Assembly: GCA_951406725.2 (NCBI GenBank)
Contig: OX597825.1
Span: 15,500,001 to 15,564,000 of the forward strand
Origin: Octopus vulgaris
Taxonomy: Eukaryota
Direction: 5' to 3'
DNA: 64,000 nt
The translations under genes and the position numbers were made by a program. The notes beneath the pieces were generated by a model that ran no database searches, had not been told where the DNA came from, and saw only the letters and a list, made by a program, of their open reading frames with translations. Of the stretch, positions 13,247-28,540 are shown piece by piece. How positions within the stretch are numbered: the stretch's first letter is position 1; every line of letters starts with the position of its first letter.

Positions 13247-13247
<1 letters not shown>
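13064..13247 (-). mobile_element. Family D (TA)n-embedded short repeat with degenerate hammerhead motif
   Basis: Minus strand reads gtttCAGACGAa-gagctccgatc-GAAACGTTaggc; flanked on both sides by pure (TA)n; related copy at 26676-26840. Confidence 0.55.
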
Positions 13248-13292
<45 letters not shown>

Positions 13293-13913
13293 TTTTCTCT
13301 CCCCCCTCTCTCTCCCCTTCCCTATTTCCGTATATGTGTATGTCATCCGTAAGAGCCAATCTACTCGAGGCAAACGCCACAATTACCAACATAATTTTAT
13401 CATCGAAACAACTGTGACAAAAGCCTGCAGATGCACCTAAATCTAGTCATATTACTCACATATTACTCACAAAACAGGATGCACTGTGGATAATGCGATC
13501 ACCGAAACACTACATCTGAAAGAGAAAAAGTAGTGGGATTGTCATAGCTACAATTCCTCCAGGTCTCAGTACCTCCGTTTGTCTAATCTGAGCCATCGTG
13601 TATTTATTGCAAGAGCTTCTAGTCGGCTAAATTTTATAGCTACATAATAGTATTTACTCTCACCTTATCTCCAAATGTGGGGTATCACCTTTAGACTATT
13701 TTATTACAATTCTTTTATTTGGAAACTATAATACGTCTACGTTTTACTATAAATAAATTATTGTGGGAAAATTGAAATTAAGCCTTCTTTGCAACAATCG
13801 TATCAGTTTAGCAGAGCCTAAAAAAACTCATAAGTGATATTGTTGTTTAATATTTAAATAAAAGAGAACAGTATAATGTATATATTTATATATGTGTATA
13901 TTTATATATGTAA

Positions 13914-13948
<35 letters not shown>

Positions 13949-14404
13949 TATATCTTTACATATATATATATTTACTTATATGCATATATATATATACATA
14001 TATATACATATGTTTACACACAAAGATGTGTGTATATATATATACATACACAAACATATATATATATGCACCCATACACACACACATATATATATATAAA
14101 GAGAGAGAGAGGGGGGCGATAGAGATAGACGTGTGTATACGTCCACATGTACATATTTATATATGTAAATATAAGTATGTATGTATACATATGTGTATAT
14201 ATATATGTGTGTGTGTGTGCGTGTGTATATATTATATATATGTGTGTATATATAATATATATATATATATGTGTGTGTGGGTGTATATTTTTTTCTCTCT
14301 AGTTTAAGCTCAGAGCTGTGGCCGTGCTAATGCAACGCCGTTTTGCTACAATGTTATTACTAAGAACCTCCTCTTGGTGAAGAATGGAGTTTGATAGAGC
14401 TACA

Positions 14405-14476
<72 letters not shown>

Positions 14477-15159
14477 TATATACATATAAAGAGCTGAATA
14501 ATATAGGAGTTGCTGGTCTTGTTTGAGGAACCGACAAAACGTTGGGGAAATTATAGGATAGCAAGCCAGTGAATCAGCGCGAAATATATACTACACAGAC
14601 ACACACACACACACACATGCATGTAGGTACATATTCATGTGTATGTGCGTATGTACATATGAATCTGTCGTTCAAATAGAATCATCAATTCCTTTACGTA
14701 TGTTTATGCATGTTCATACCTACGCACGTATTTCCATCTTTATACGTTGATGGTTAGTTCAACGCTGCTACCGAATTACCAAACATTCTCAAGCATCGAC
14801 CAATATTCTTAGTCTTCATAGATCCAATTGAATTTTGTTTCTTATATATTTTCTGAAATTACTGACATTATAAAGCCTGGGGATAAGCTATAGAATTCCG
14901 AAACTATAACTGTTGCGGCATAGTCTTCTCATTGCAAGTAAATATAAAGAAAAAGGGAGAAGAGGAAGAAGTAGAAGTAAGTAACCAGAACTGAAAAAGA
15001 ACAATCTCATTCATCTTGGGACATTTCAGGTGAAATTGCTTTCACAGTAGAGTGACAAATGAAATTTCACTATGAAAGGATGCTAATATTTGGAATAATA
15101 TTCTTTCAGACAACCTGTTGTTGTTATTTTTGATTGCTATTTTGCAGTCGTTATTGCAA

Positions 15160-15181
15160 TTATTATTATTATTATTATTAT

Positions 15182-15234
<53 letters not shown>

Positions 15235-15252
15235 TCATTATTATTATTATTT

Positions 15253-15340
<88 letters not shown>

Positions 15341-15440
15341 TATTATTATTATTATTATTATTATTTTTTTTTTTATTTTTATTATTATTATTATTATTGC
15401 TATTACCATCATTATTGTTATTATTTATTATTATTATTAT

Positions 15441-15471
<31 letters not shown>

Positions 15472-15496
15472 GTTATTATTATTATTATTATTATCA

Positions 15497-15530
<34 letters not shown>

Positions 15531-15610
15531 CATCATCACCACCATCATCATTGTCGTTGTTGTTATTATTGTTTGTCATTATTACTATTGCTGTTGTTGT
15601 TGTTATTGTG
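15160..15610. repeat. Compound trinucleotide microsatellite (TTA/TAG/TCA/TTG)
   Basis: Direct inspection. Confidence 0.95.
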
Positions 15611-16171
15611 TTCTTTTTTTCCTTTTCTAATCATAGTTTATGAACTCCTGTCTCCATTATAATCTTCCCCAATGCTTACTATTCTTTCTTTCCGACATTA
15701 TTCCAGTATTCCAAAAACAAACAAAAAAAAAACAGAACAAATGTGGTCAGTGAAATGATTTTTTTTTATATATGTCAAGGTAAATTGCAGCTGAATCTCT
15801 CCCTCCGTTTTTCTATCTTTCACTTTCCATCTATCCTTATCTCTTTCTCTCTATCTCTTACACATACACACACTCATACGCACACACACACGTAGGTAAA
15901 CGTGAAGACATGTTATAGACACAAACATATAACAGAGGACAAAGCTAAGATAGGAAATTGTATAGCTTCCGTACTGTTTACATACGATACAATATGATGG
16001 AAGGCCAAACTATATACAACACTGAGCTAAATTATTTTCCTAGTTCTATATCGTTAACAAATTTAATGAGAATGTGTGAATGGAAAAAAAGCAGCTGGTA
16101 TTCATAAAAATTACTGTTTGGCTAAAATTATAGTTTGATGCATCTGTTTACTTAATACCAATACGCGTGTG

Positions 16172-16211
<40 letters not shown>

Positions 16212-16213
<2 letters not shown>

Positions 16214-16507
16214 TCTTTTACCCTTTTACTTGTTTCAGTCATTTGACTGTGGCCATGCTGGAGCACCGCCTTTAATCGAGCAACTCGATTAGACAGACAC
16301 ACAAACACACACACGCATATATATATATATACATACATATATACGACGGGCTTCTTTCAGTTTCCGTCTACCAAATCCACTCACAAGGCTTTGGTCGGCC
16401 CGTGGCTATAGTAGAAGACACTTGCCCAAGGTGCCACGCAGTGGGACTGAACCCGGAACCATGTGGTTGGTAAACAAGCTACTTACCACATAGCCACTCC
16501 TGCGCCT
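16212..16507 (-). mobile_element. SINE family 1 with internal deletion, within (TA)n
   Basis: Head and tail match family 1; the segment between gagcaa..cga and cagacacacaaac is missing. Confidence 0.88.
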
Positions 16508-16646
16508 TATTTATTTATATATATATATATATATATTTAAATTATACATATATATAAATCATATGGATAATACCATACTTAATTCTGGTGCATTCAACTT
16601 AAGTACCATATTCATCTGAATCTAAATTTTACTGAACTTATATATG

Positions 16647-16703
<57 letters not shown>

Positions 16704-16959
16704 CAAATAGACAGACAGAGACAGGGGCTGAGAGAAAGAGTGAGGCGTGGGAGAAATCAGAATGATGTTAACTTAAGCTCCACCCTCTTTGACCAGAGCT
16801 AGCACCTCGACATGGAAACTTTGCCATAAGAGCAATCCTTTATTGAATTATTATTGAGGACGTGACATAGCTACACACAGTCAGACTTAAGATATATATT
16901 TGCTAACAACACAAACTACACATCATAAAATAAAAGGGAAAATATATATATATATATTA

Positions 16960-17352
16960 CTAGCAGTATCGCCCGGCGTTGCTCGGGTTTGTAAGGGAAA
17001 TAACTATATAAGCATTTTTAGAGATGTAAAGTATAATAGCCATCTCAATATGGCTAACCACAAATGGGGGTGTTACTGTAGCTTTTTACGTTCTGAGATT
17101 TAATAATAAATGTTTAGAGAGTTACTTCCCTTATATATGCCAAAAATGCATTAAAAATGGGAGAAATTGATGGTAAATTATTTTTAAAATCGTAGACTCA
17201 TCGTAGACGCGTGCTAATACCCAGAAGGGCTCGATATGAATCACCACTATAAGATACCCGGTTTTGGTTAAACTGCACCGCAAAATGTGGGAGTAGTTAG
17301 GAATCTAAATCGTAGGAGACAGACAGCAGACAACCTCACTTTTATATATATA
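16960..17352 (-). mobile_element. Non-autonomous Helitron
   Basis: Minus-strand 3' end has the GC hairpin cccgagcaacgccggg followed by cgatactgCTAG|t; 5' part tatataaaagtgaggttgtctgctgtctgtc; inserted in TA-rich DNA with no TSD. Confidence 0.8.
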
Positions 17353-17884
17353 TTATTATCTCCACAGCTGTTGCAATTCCGTCTGGAAACAGTTCTCAAG
17401 ATAAGACTTTACATAATTTCTTCTTTATTTTATTTTATTACATCTATTTTGTGCACCATTTACAGATATGTCCCAAACCTTACTACCTTTTACGTAGACA
17501 TATATTTAACACATACACACACAAACACACACACACACGCACACAGATGTGAGTGTGTGTGTTTGTGTTTGTGTGCATGGATTTATGTACATATGTGTGT
17601 GTATGTGTGTGTATTAATTGAAGTTTTCACAAATTAATTTGTGGCCAGGCTGGAACAAGGCTTTAAATCATTTTTAGTTGAATGAATTGACCCCCATCAA
17701 GCAGAATCTTTTTTGAAGCTTCTTACTTATTTTATCGGCTTCTTTTGCCGAACTGCTATGATATGGTTTCGTAAACACAACAGCTTTTGTGAAACAATGG
17801 TGAAGAGCAAACCCAAACAAAAGCACACACACATATAATATATACAGTGGGTGGTTATATAGACATGCATGTATATTGATAAAT

Positions 17885-18110
17885 AGATATGTATGTGTGT
17901 ATGTATGTATGTTTTTATGCATGTGTGTGTAAATATATGTTCTTATGCATGTATTCATTATGTATGTATGTATGTATGTATGTATGTATGTATGTATGCA
18001 TGCATGCATGCATGTATGTATGTATGTATGTATGTATGTATGTATGTATGTATGCATGTATGTATGTATGTATGTATGTATGTATGTATGTATGTATGCA
18101 TGTATGTATG

Positions 18111-18141
<31 letters not shown>

Positions 18142-18221
18142 GTATGTAAGTATGTATGTTTTTATGCATGTGTGTGTAAATGTATGTTCTTATGCATGTA
18201 TTCATTATGTATGTATATATG

Positions 18222-18255
<34 letters not shown>

Positions 18256-18270
18256 CGTATGTGTGTGTGT
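17885..18270. repeat. (TATG)n microsatellite with a duplicated ~55-bp unit
   Basis: tttttatgcatgtgtgtgtaaat.tatgttcttatgcatgtattcatta occurs near 17912 and near 18159. Confidence 0.9.
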
Positions 18271-18457
18271 ATGTAAGTCAGGATTGGTAACTAAAGAAAA
18301 TGAGATGGAAAACGTTTAGTTTCACTTAAGAAATGGTGGTTGCATATATTTGATGCTTGGATATACTTGATGCTTGTATATATTTGATGCTTCGTCTAAG
18401 CCCGTAGAATATTATAATCATTTCTTCCACCTAGTGTATTTAGCCATTGAAAGATGT

Positions 18458-18540
18458 ACCGTATTTGATGGCATATAAGAGGTACTATTTCTTCCAAAGC
18501 ATACCTCTTAAAAATTAACCATGCGTCCTATGCGTGAAGC
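18458..18540 (+). mobile_element. Possible degraded pogo/Tc2-type TIR end
   Basis: TA-ccgtatttgatggcatataagaggtac...gcgtcctatgc resembles CCGTATTT..TATAAGACGCAC..GCGTCTTAT termini; no partner TIR found. Confidence 0.35.
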
Positions 18541-19540
18541 TCTTCACATAAGCTCTAACATAACAAAAACTTTCTCACGTGGAATATGCGCCGCTGCAAT
18601 TTCGATGCTCTTCAATTGTTCGTGTGTCTTTTATACATACATTAATCGTACTATCAAACCATAAAACATTGATTCTTAAGTATATGTTTCTGTTTCCATA
18701 TCATTTAAATTCTCCAGATATTTTGATGATGTCAGTTTACCATATTTATAAATAGAGAGAACAAACTAGCTGTATAAAAAAAAAATGTTTTAAAATCTGA
18801 ACTCGCTACGCTACTATAACTAACTTTTCTATTCCTCTCTTCAACGACCGTTAGCTTTAACAGCATTAAAGAGAACTGCTGGAAAAATGCCTACAAAATT
18901 GTTAGGATAATGGAAATAATTCCCTCTGACATATCGGAGATATGTTCCATAATGCAAGTCAATATTTTCTTAAAGCTTTCCTTATGTCGATGCTGGCAAA
19001 AGGAAACGCAATACTTGATTCTTTACGTGGCTTTAAATTCTCTTTAGAATTTTATATTTCCATAGCAGCAATACTTAAGGCTTCAAGTCAAACATTAATG
19101 CCCATTAATAATGTCTGTGGCATCAAGGAATTTATATTAATATCTTTTATGATGCCATAAGTGAAGAGCTATTGCTCATAAATCTGTGAATATCTGGCCA
19201 AATATTATTAGCAAGTCCCTATGCATTACATGATAACTGCCAGCAATAATAAAGTTTACAACTAGCTTTATCTGCCAACATTTGTTACAATGGCAAAGCT
19301 GTTGGCTACAACATATATTTGAGTCTCCAGGGGCGGTTTGAATTCGAAATATGACACTATTCAACATATCTTTTCTGTTCTCTTAAATATATTATAACTC
19401 GGCAATTAAATAACAGTTAGTTTAAATTATTATTAGCATTAATAAGGAAAAAACACTTTTAAGCTTTAAAGAAACAATTATATTAATAATAATGAAAGCC
19501 TTCTAAAAATGAAAATAACTATTGTTTTTGTTATTATTAA

Positions 19541-19597
<57 letters not shown>

Positions 19598-20111
19598 TGA
19601 TGCTGTTTTTGTTGCCGGTGTTGCTTTGTTGCAGCTATTATTTCGATTGTCTTATATCGATAGTTATTGTTGCAGGCCTATAGCATATAATATTATTGCC
19701 TGATCGGGTCCACGCGTGAAGTTTTTTGTTGAGAGTGTCCAAGCTTAAGTCAATAAAAATTTCAATATTTGAATATTCGAAGTGAACATCGCTAATACAA
19801 AAAAAAAAAAGCTTATAGCTTTACATATCGCTAACACCATTCCTTGCATTAATGGGTTCAAATCTCACCGATGCTAAAGATCAATGTGGGATTGTAATCA
19901 TAAATAACATTTAGTATGATAGGTCTAGTCTTGGTTGATAGGTGCCGGCATGACCGTCTGGTTAAAACGCTTGCTTTTGCAACTGCGTGGTTTTGGGTTC
20001 GGTTCCAAGACAAGGAGTTACGACCTCTTGTGTGCTTTTTGGCTACCCTGGTAATTATTTATCTATTATTACTGTGTCAATTGTTAAAAGGGAAAAATAC
20101 ATTAATCTATT

Positions 20112-20116
<5 letters not shown>

Positions 20117-20173
<57 letters not shown>

Positions 20174-20343
20174 TGTATGTATGTATGTATGTATGTATGT
20201 ATGTATGTATGTATGTATGTATGTATGTATGTATGTATGTATGTATGTATGTATGTATGTATGTATGTATGAATGTATGTATGTATGCATGTATGTATGC
20301 ATGTATGTGTGTATGTATGTATGTATGTATGTATGTATGTATG
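20117..20343. repeat. (TA)n then (TATG)n microsatellite
   Basis: Direct inspection. Confidence 0.95.
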
Positions 20344-20662
20344 ATTGTATATATCAGGAAAGAAAACGGCATTTGCGGAATGGGTTAAAAGCAAAACTAC
20401 TTGCCTTCTTATTTAAACTACAGATGTGTTCAAAACCCAACACATTTATTGGAATTCTTCAACGTAGCCCAAGTTTCTGACTTCTCAATACTTCATAAAT
20501 TGTGCATAATGATTTTAGAGTGCCCTTGTCGTCACAATAATAACCCATATATGATCTCTTACTACCCTTAGGCAGTTCAATTCAATTTATATATGTGTGT
20601 CCGTATACATATATATATATACACATATACTACATATATAACGTGACTATGATTGTGTATAC

Positions 20663-20716
<54 letters not shown>

Positions 20717-22366
20717 TTTGTGTGTTTGGTTGAGTGTATGTGTAAACATTTTTGTTGTACTAAAGTATAAAACTAAATGTGTTCACTTAAGTGTTTATTT
20801 CCTTCTGTCTTGCAAAGGACAAAACTCCACCGGAGGCAAATGATTAGATCACTCCACAGTAAAGTAATTACTGGAGTAAGGTATTTTAAAAGTTGAACAA
20901 AAGAAAAGACATACATTATCACGTGTAGTGTTATTGATAGTTGGTTCAATCTACAAATTCAAATTTTGCTTTTCAATTCTCGTAACCTACGTTTCTTAAA
21001 CTGACTTATTTCTACCGCTACTAATTCCCATCGCCATTTTTCTCTACATCATGATTATAATCACCATCACCGTCGTCATGAATATCTTTAATATCAACCA
21101 TGCCTGAAGAACTGAAAGGGGAAGCCATTGTGCTGTAGCTCTACCTTTGGGAACTATCTACATGTCAAAACGGAGCGTGGAACCAATAGGGAAAACACAC
21201 TCCCTTGCATACAGAGAGACTGGATGGTCATGGTCGGAACGTTGATGCCTTTCACCTTATACATGGGTTGAAATAAGTCCATAGTAACAGATTCCGTGGG
21301 GGTCGACTTTGCCTTTTACCTTTTCGGTGAAGGAGCAGGATAATTTCTGACATTTTCGGGGTTGACGTAATTTGCTTAACCCAACCCCTGAAATAGCTGG
21401 CCTTGTGCCAACATTCGAAACAGAACTCCTTTTGATTAGATGCAATAAACACCTTGTCCACCCACAAACTGTATAGAGAAGTATGATTAGGTCAATAGCA
21501 AAATATGCCTGGTGAAGAAGCAGCATAATTTCTAACATTCACAAACCATTTGAGATGGCCGTACATGCATGTGTATTGAACTACATACTAATGAAGCCTT
21601 TACTTATAAAGAAACTTTAATGCTCACATGCTCATGTGGTTAATATCAAGCAACTAAAAGACAAGTTTGTGTAACTGAGCATAATATTTGATATAACGAT
21701 ATTTGTGCGTCAGCATATCAGCGCTGAATGTGTTTGAAATGTAATGGGAAATAGGCCAATTCCAAAACATTGTTATCCAGGTCACAAAGGCAAAGTTTGA
21801 TGGGAATAATAGTCATTTTCTTTCTAGATAGAAGCACATAGGAAATAACACTTTCTGACGAAAGACAAGAGAATAATATCAATTTTGTTACAGTGTTATA
21901 GATTCTCAGCTGAGGGCTAGAAGTTATCGGAAGACGTAGATTACTTCGTTAGCTCATATAAATTTTACTAAAATAGAGAATACAGACTAGTGTCTGAAAC
22001 GACTGAAGGAAGACTATTTCTACATTTGCAGTAATGAGGCATCAATATACCGAACAGTATTTTATGACAGCGGGTTGTAAAAGTGTTGAGTTGAACACAA
22101 TTAATATTAAACAGAAAATTGTTTGGAAAATTGATTATAAAATGTGTAGCACTTTTTTTATTGGAAGAGAAAAGTGATACCCCGAATAAAGTGTATATTG
22201 ATATCTTGAACTATATATTTAAATAGGCAAACAATGACATTTCTGACATATATGTTTATATTTTTTGTGCCTGCGTATATGTATGTGTATATGTGTGTCT
22301 GTACGTGTGAGGAATTGTGTCCACGGAGAGATAGTTACATACATACACGTTTATGAACGTGTATAC

Positions 22367-23390
<1,024 letters not shown>

Positions 23391-23714
23391 ATTTTTACGG
23401 TAAGAGATAGAGAGAAAGAGAGGGAGCGAGAGAGTGGGACGAAAGGTACATTTTTTTGTAATAAGACGAATAGAAATATGTGGGTATTAATTTGTACATA
23501 TAAGTGTTATTATATGCATCTGTCTGTGTATTCGTCTATCTGATTGTGTACGAGTTCAGACGTGTGTTTCTTCAATGTATATGAATTTATTCGATATATC
23601 TTTCTTGAATGCATTTAGAACGAACACTGACAGTTATAGCTTCGTGGAGGCAAGGTAGTCATTGAGAGGGAAACAATTGATGTCGTTGAAAAAAAAATAG
23701 GTGTGAATTGAGAA

Positions 23715-24150
<436 letters not shown>

Positions 24151-25082
24151 GTATGTATATATATCACGTATATATAAAACACAGTTAAAAATGTCATACT
24201 CTCTGAAATAGTTTACCGACGCAATGTAACAAAACACAGTCATAAACAATAAACAATATAATATAAAAAATTAAAAAATATGACCAGAAAATGTGAGAAA
24301 AATTTATTTAAAAATATATGCTAACGGAAAAAAAAAGACTTTAAAAGTAAATAAAAAAACACCACAAAAAAACATGTTTTGATAGAATAAAAACATTCAA
24401 TAAATAAAAAAAAAACGTATGTTGACTGAATTATTGTGCAACTAAACTGTGTATAATGTGCATTAATTTATTTTAGATTTTCTAGCTTTGCTTTTGAAAA
24501 AAAATATATATATTTTCCTCATTTCTAAATTGTAATTCTGTCTTATTGTGAAGATTATTTTATTTATATAAAAGGAAAATATTGATTTTTTTTTTCTACT
24601 GATGAAAGACTCCCAGAATTATTTGGAAGAGTAAGAAACTAAGTTGAGTAGTTCTATGTCTGTGTCGTTTCTGGAAGACACTTAATGGAAGAGACGGTAC
24701 ATTACGAAGACTGAGACTTGTAATTGTGGTAAATAATTTTGTTTGCCATAAAATACGCAGCAGTGTCTGTCATTGGCATTATACAACCGTACATCCTGCT
24801 GGTTCTTTCGTATTTTGGCGCAAGGACAAAGCTAGCCTTTCATTGGGGATAGGAAGGGCAATCACATCGAGTTTAATGATCACCTGATACTTATTTTCTG
24901 AGTACTGAGGGAATGAAAAGTCAAAGTCGACCTTCATGGAATCTGCATTCAGTAAAGCTGGGAAAAAATACGCTGTGCTGAAGATTCTAACGTGCCGCTT
25001 AACAGTTCTATATTTAAGAGATGATGAATAATGTACATTATGTACATCATGAAGAATTATGTAAATATACCCAAGGGCATAT

Positions 25083-25425
25083 GACTGTGACCATGCTGGA
25101 GCACCGCCTTTAGTCGAGTAAATCGACCCCAGGACTTATTCTTTGTAAGCCTGGTACTTATTTTATCGGTCTGTTTACACACCAACATCGGTTGTCAAGC
25201 GATGTTGGGAGGACAAACACAGACACACAAACACGTATACACACATACACATATACATATATATATATACATATATATATATACATATATACATATATAC
25301 GGCGGGCTTCTTTCAGTTTTCGTCTACCAAATCCACTCACAAGGCTTTGGTTGACCCGAGGAATCAAAACCACAATCTTGCGATCATGATGCTGACACCC
25401 TAACCACCAAGCCACGCGCCTCCAC
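25083..25425 (-). mobile_element. Chimeric SINE: family 3-like tRNA head joined to family 1 body and tail
   Basis: Minus strand begins gtggaggcgcgtggcttggtggttagggtgtcagc..gatcgcaagattgtggttttgattcc, then switches to tcgggtcaaccaaagccttgtgagtggatttggtagacg (family 1). Confidence 0.7.
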
Positions 25426-26526
25426 TTGGGAGAAATACTAATTCTTTGAGCCATTCCTTCTTTGAAGGAAAGACAAAAGTTGCTCACAATAGAATTTATC
25501 CAAATTTGCGAACTTGAATTTAAATTTGCTGACAAACATGGTTTCTAGTATTCGCAGAATCCTCTTACAAGCAATTACGCAAAAGCATTAGTGAACCATT
25601 TGATGCGAATTTAATTCTTATATGTACAGCATATAACAATTCAAATGCTAGTATGTTTATGGAATGTGTGCAGTATATCAATGTATACTTTTATATAAAC
25701 CATAGTTTCTAAAGAATTGCATTCACTGGTTTCTCTGTAAATTCAATTAGAAATATCAGACCAATTAAATATTATCATTTTATAATATATTCTTAATATT
25801 GTTTTCTTCGCACGAAATTAATTAAAAACTTGGAACTTTAATTTTTAGTTTTCAAATTAAATGAATTCTCGACCGAGCGATTGCTTTTCTCAAATGCATT
25901 TAAGTCATATGACAACTGAACGAGTACTTTAATGGATGTGTGTTAAATAGAGTGAACAGAAATCAAATAGCAAATGAAATAATTTAATATTTAAAATAAT
26001 AAATTTCATACAAATTTAAGAATAATGTCTTACTTGACTAAATTTCTGAGATGAGTTATTGCTATAATAATTGAAATTTTCTAGATTATTAACTTTCTCT
26101 TCCGTTCTTTGCTCTGCGTCTGAATGAGTTCAGACACAATTTGTCATCAGAAATCCGGTTCGTTTACACGTTTACACCTACGTTTCCTGTATGTGTTAAG
26201 TATAAAGTTTCTAGGATCAAACTACAGGCGGAAAATATAAACATATATGAAAAGAATTCCTGCAATCCATTTTTGTATTTTTCCAACCAATGTTTTCTAA
26301 ATTTTTTCGTTTCCTTCTCGTTTAGTCTGCACAGAAACAGCAGCATCATGTCTATCCACTGTCACTTAGCAACTGATATCAGCTTCCTTTGACAGTAGTT
26401 GGCTATAAAACATAGATGTCCTTAATCTGTTCAGAGCAAACAAGAAGAGTCAGAAGAAAAATTGAAATTAAAACTTGTCAAAAGTCAAGAATATCAATAG
26501 ACAGATAAATAGACCGTATATATATA

Positions 26527-26561
<35 letters not shown>

Positions 26562-26599
26562 TCAGCAGCAGTAGCAGCAGCAACATTAGCAGCAGCAGC

Positions 26600-26644
<45 letters not shown>

Positions 26645-26674
26645 TGTACTAGTAGTAGTAGTAGTAGTAGTAGT
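26527..26674. repeat. (TAG)n/(CAG)n microsatellite
   Basis: Direct inspection. Confidence 0.95.
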
Positions 26675-26675
26675 A

Positions 26676-26840
26676 TAAAAAACTGAGAAAAACAAAGCGA
26701 GGACGTAGCACATAAGACGCTCAGAGAAGGAAAGGAGTGGTTAATTTACATTTCGAGCATAGGTTGCCTTCGGAATCAGGAAACATAGGAAAGTCCAAAG
26801 GAAAACAATGAAGGAGGAAATAAAATCGCCAACAGCCCAC
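26676..26840 (-). mobile_element. Family D repeat, diverged copy
   Basis: gcgaggacgt..gacgctcagagaaggaaagga..catttcgagc..aaacataggaaagtcca..aaaatcgccaac shared with 13064-13247. Confidence 0.6.
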
Positions 26841-26925
26841 GTATAGTTACATTTATATATACATGCGTACATACAAACATGCTCGCACACACGAACGCGC
26901 TTACGCAAATATATATATATATATA

Positions 26926-27139
26926 AAGGCGGCGAGCTGGTAGAAACGTTAGCACGCCGGGCGAAATTCGTCTGTCGTTACGTTCCGTGTTCAAATTCCG
27001 CCGAGGTCGATTTGCCTTTCATCCTTTCGGGGTCGATAAATTAAGTACCAGTTACGCACTGGGGTCGATGTAGTCGACGTAATCCCTTTGTCTGTCCTTG
27101 TTTGTCCCCTCTGTGTTTAGCCCCTTGTGGGTAGTAAAG

Positions 27140-27143
<4 letters not shown>
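26926..27143 (+). mobile_element. SINE family 2 in (TA)n
   Basis: aaggcggcgagctggtagaaacgttagc...gggtagtaaagaaata. Confidence 0.9.
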
Positions 27144-27200
<57 letters not shown>

Positions 27201-27202
27201 TG

Positions 27203-27256
<54 letters not shown>

Positions 27257-27262
27257 GCTATG

Positions 27263-27308
<46 letters not shown>

Positions 27309-27877
27309 AGGATGAAATAATGAAATGCCCTATTTTCTTATGCATCATGTTTGAAAGTCGTTAACTCTAATGTTTTATTCTGACATTTCTTTGTTTTACG
27401 ACATTGTAAAGTTACATTATCCCTTGTAGACGGAGTACGGTTGGACATGTATTTGCAAATTAATGCCCAACCGTACTCCTTGTTGACTCCAACTTATTCA
27501 GTTATATATATATATATATTATCCAAGAATCTAGATGTAGAAAAAAGTTACTTGAAGCAATCCGTATAAGGTATAGAAAACGTCTGTCAAAGATAATACT
27601 GGATTAATGAAACGGAATGTTTGTGGAATTTTTTTGTATCGATCTACAATAAATTGAAAAACGTTCTCTTCGAAATTTCACCGTAGGCGACCAGGCTTGC
27701 CGAATAAGCGAATAAGAACAAACGAGTTAAGAAATGGAATATATAAGATCCGGGCTATATATGTTTCATAGCGACCTGACCGCGGGCTACTCGTTAGGTG
27801 AGGTTATGTTAATTGAATGCAAGTTGATATTGAAAGTCTACATTTTCATTGAATGAAAGTTTACATAAACACACACA

Positions 27878-27915
<38 letters not shown>

Positions 27916-27924
27916 TGCACACAC

Positions 27925-28022
27925 ACAATAAACACTCACAACGCCCGGTCTGGGAATGAGAAACCGCGATCCTACAATTGCGAGTACGCTGTCCTAAACA
28001 CTGGGCCATTGCGTCTTCACCA
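27925..28022 (-). mobile_element. SINE family 3 tRNA-like head fragment
   Basis: Matches the heads at 38560-38646 and 48940-49040. Confidence 0.65.
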
Positions 28023-28077
28023 TATATATATATATATGTGTGTGTGTTTGTGTATAAATATATATGTATATACAGTC

Positions 28078-28274
28078 GCCATGATAGATCGTTAGCCACT
28101 ACACACATTTTTTTCTCTCCTTGTTTCTCTCCTTGTTTTTTTTTCTGTGTCCCTTTCTGTGGAAGAGCGTAGGCTCGAAACGTGAAATACTTTTTCTATT
28201 CCTGAGCATTATACTAATACATCTGTTTGTTTTGTACACCACCTGTCTTCGTCTTTTGTTTTTTCATAAATTCT

Positions 28275-28313
<39 letters not shown>

Positions 28314-28445
28314 CATACACAAACTTACATATATATGCATATTTGTACCTATAAACAATGTATGCATTATTCCTGAGCATTATACTAATACATCTGTTTG
28401 TTTTGTACACCACCTGTCTTCGTCTTTTTTTTTTTCGTAAATTCT

Positions 28446-28486
<41 letters not shown>

Positions 28487-28540
28487 CACAAACTTACATA
28501 TATATGCATATTTGTACCTATAAACATATATGTATGCATG
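28078..28540 (+). mobile_element. Family C repeat with variant hammerhead motif; 3' part tandemly duplicated
   Basis: cttt CTGTGGA a GAGC-gtag-GCTC GAAACGT at 28153-28183; unit tattcctgagcattatactaatac...tttgtacctataaaca present twice (about 28197-28367 and 28368-28540). Confidence 0.65.
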
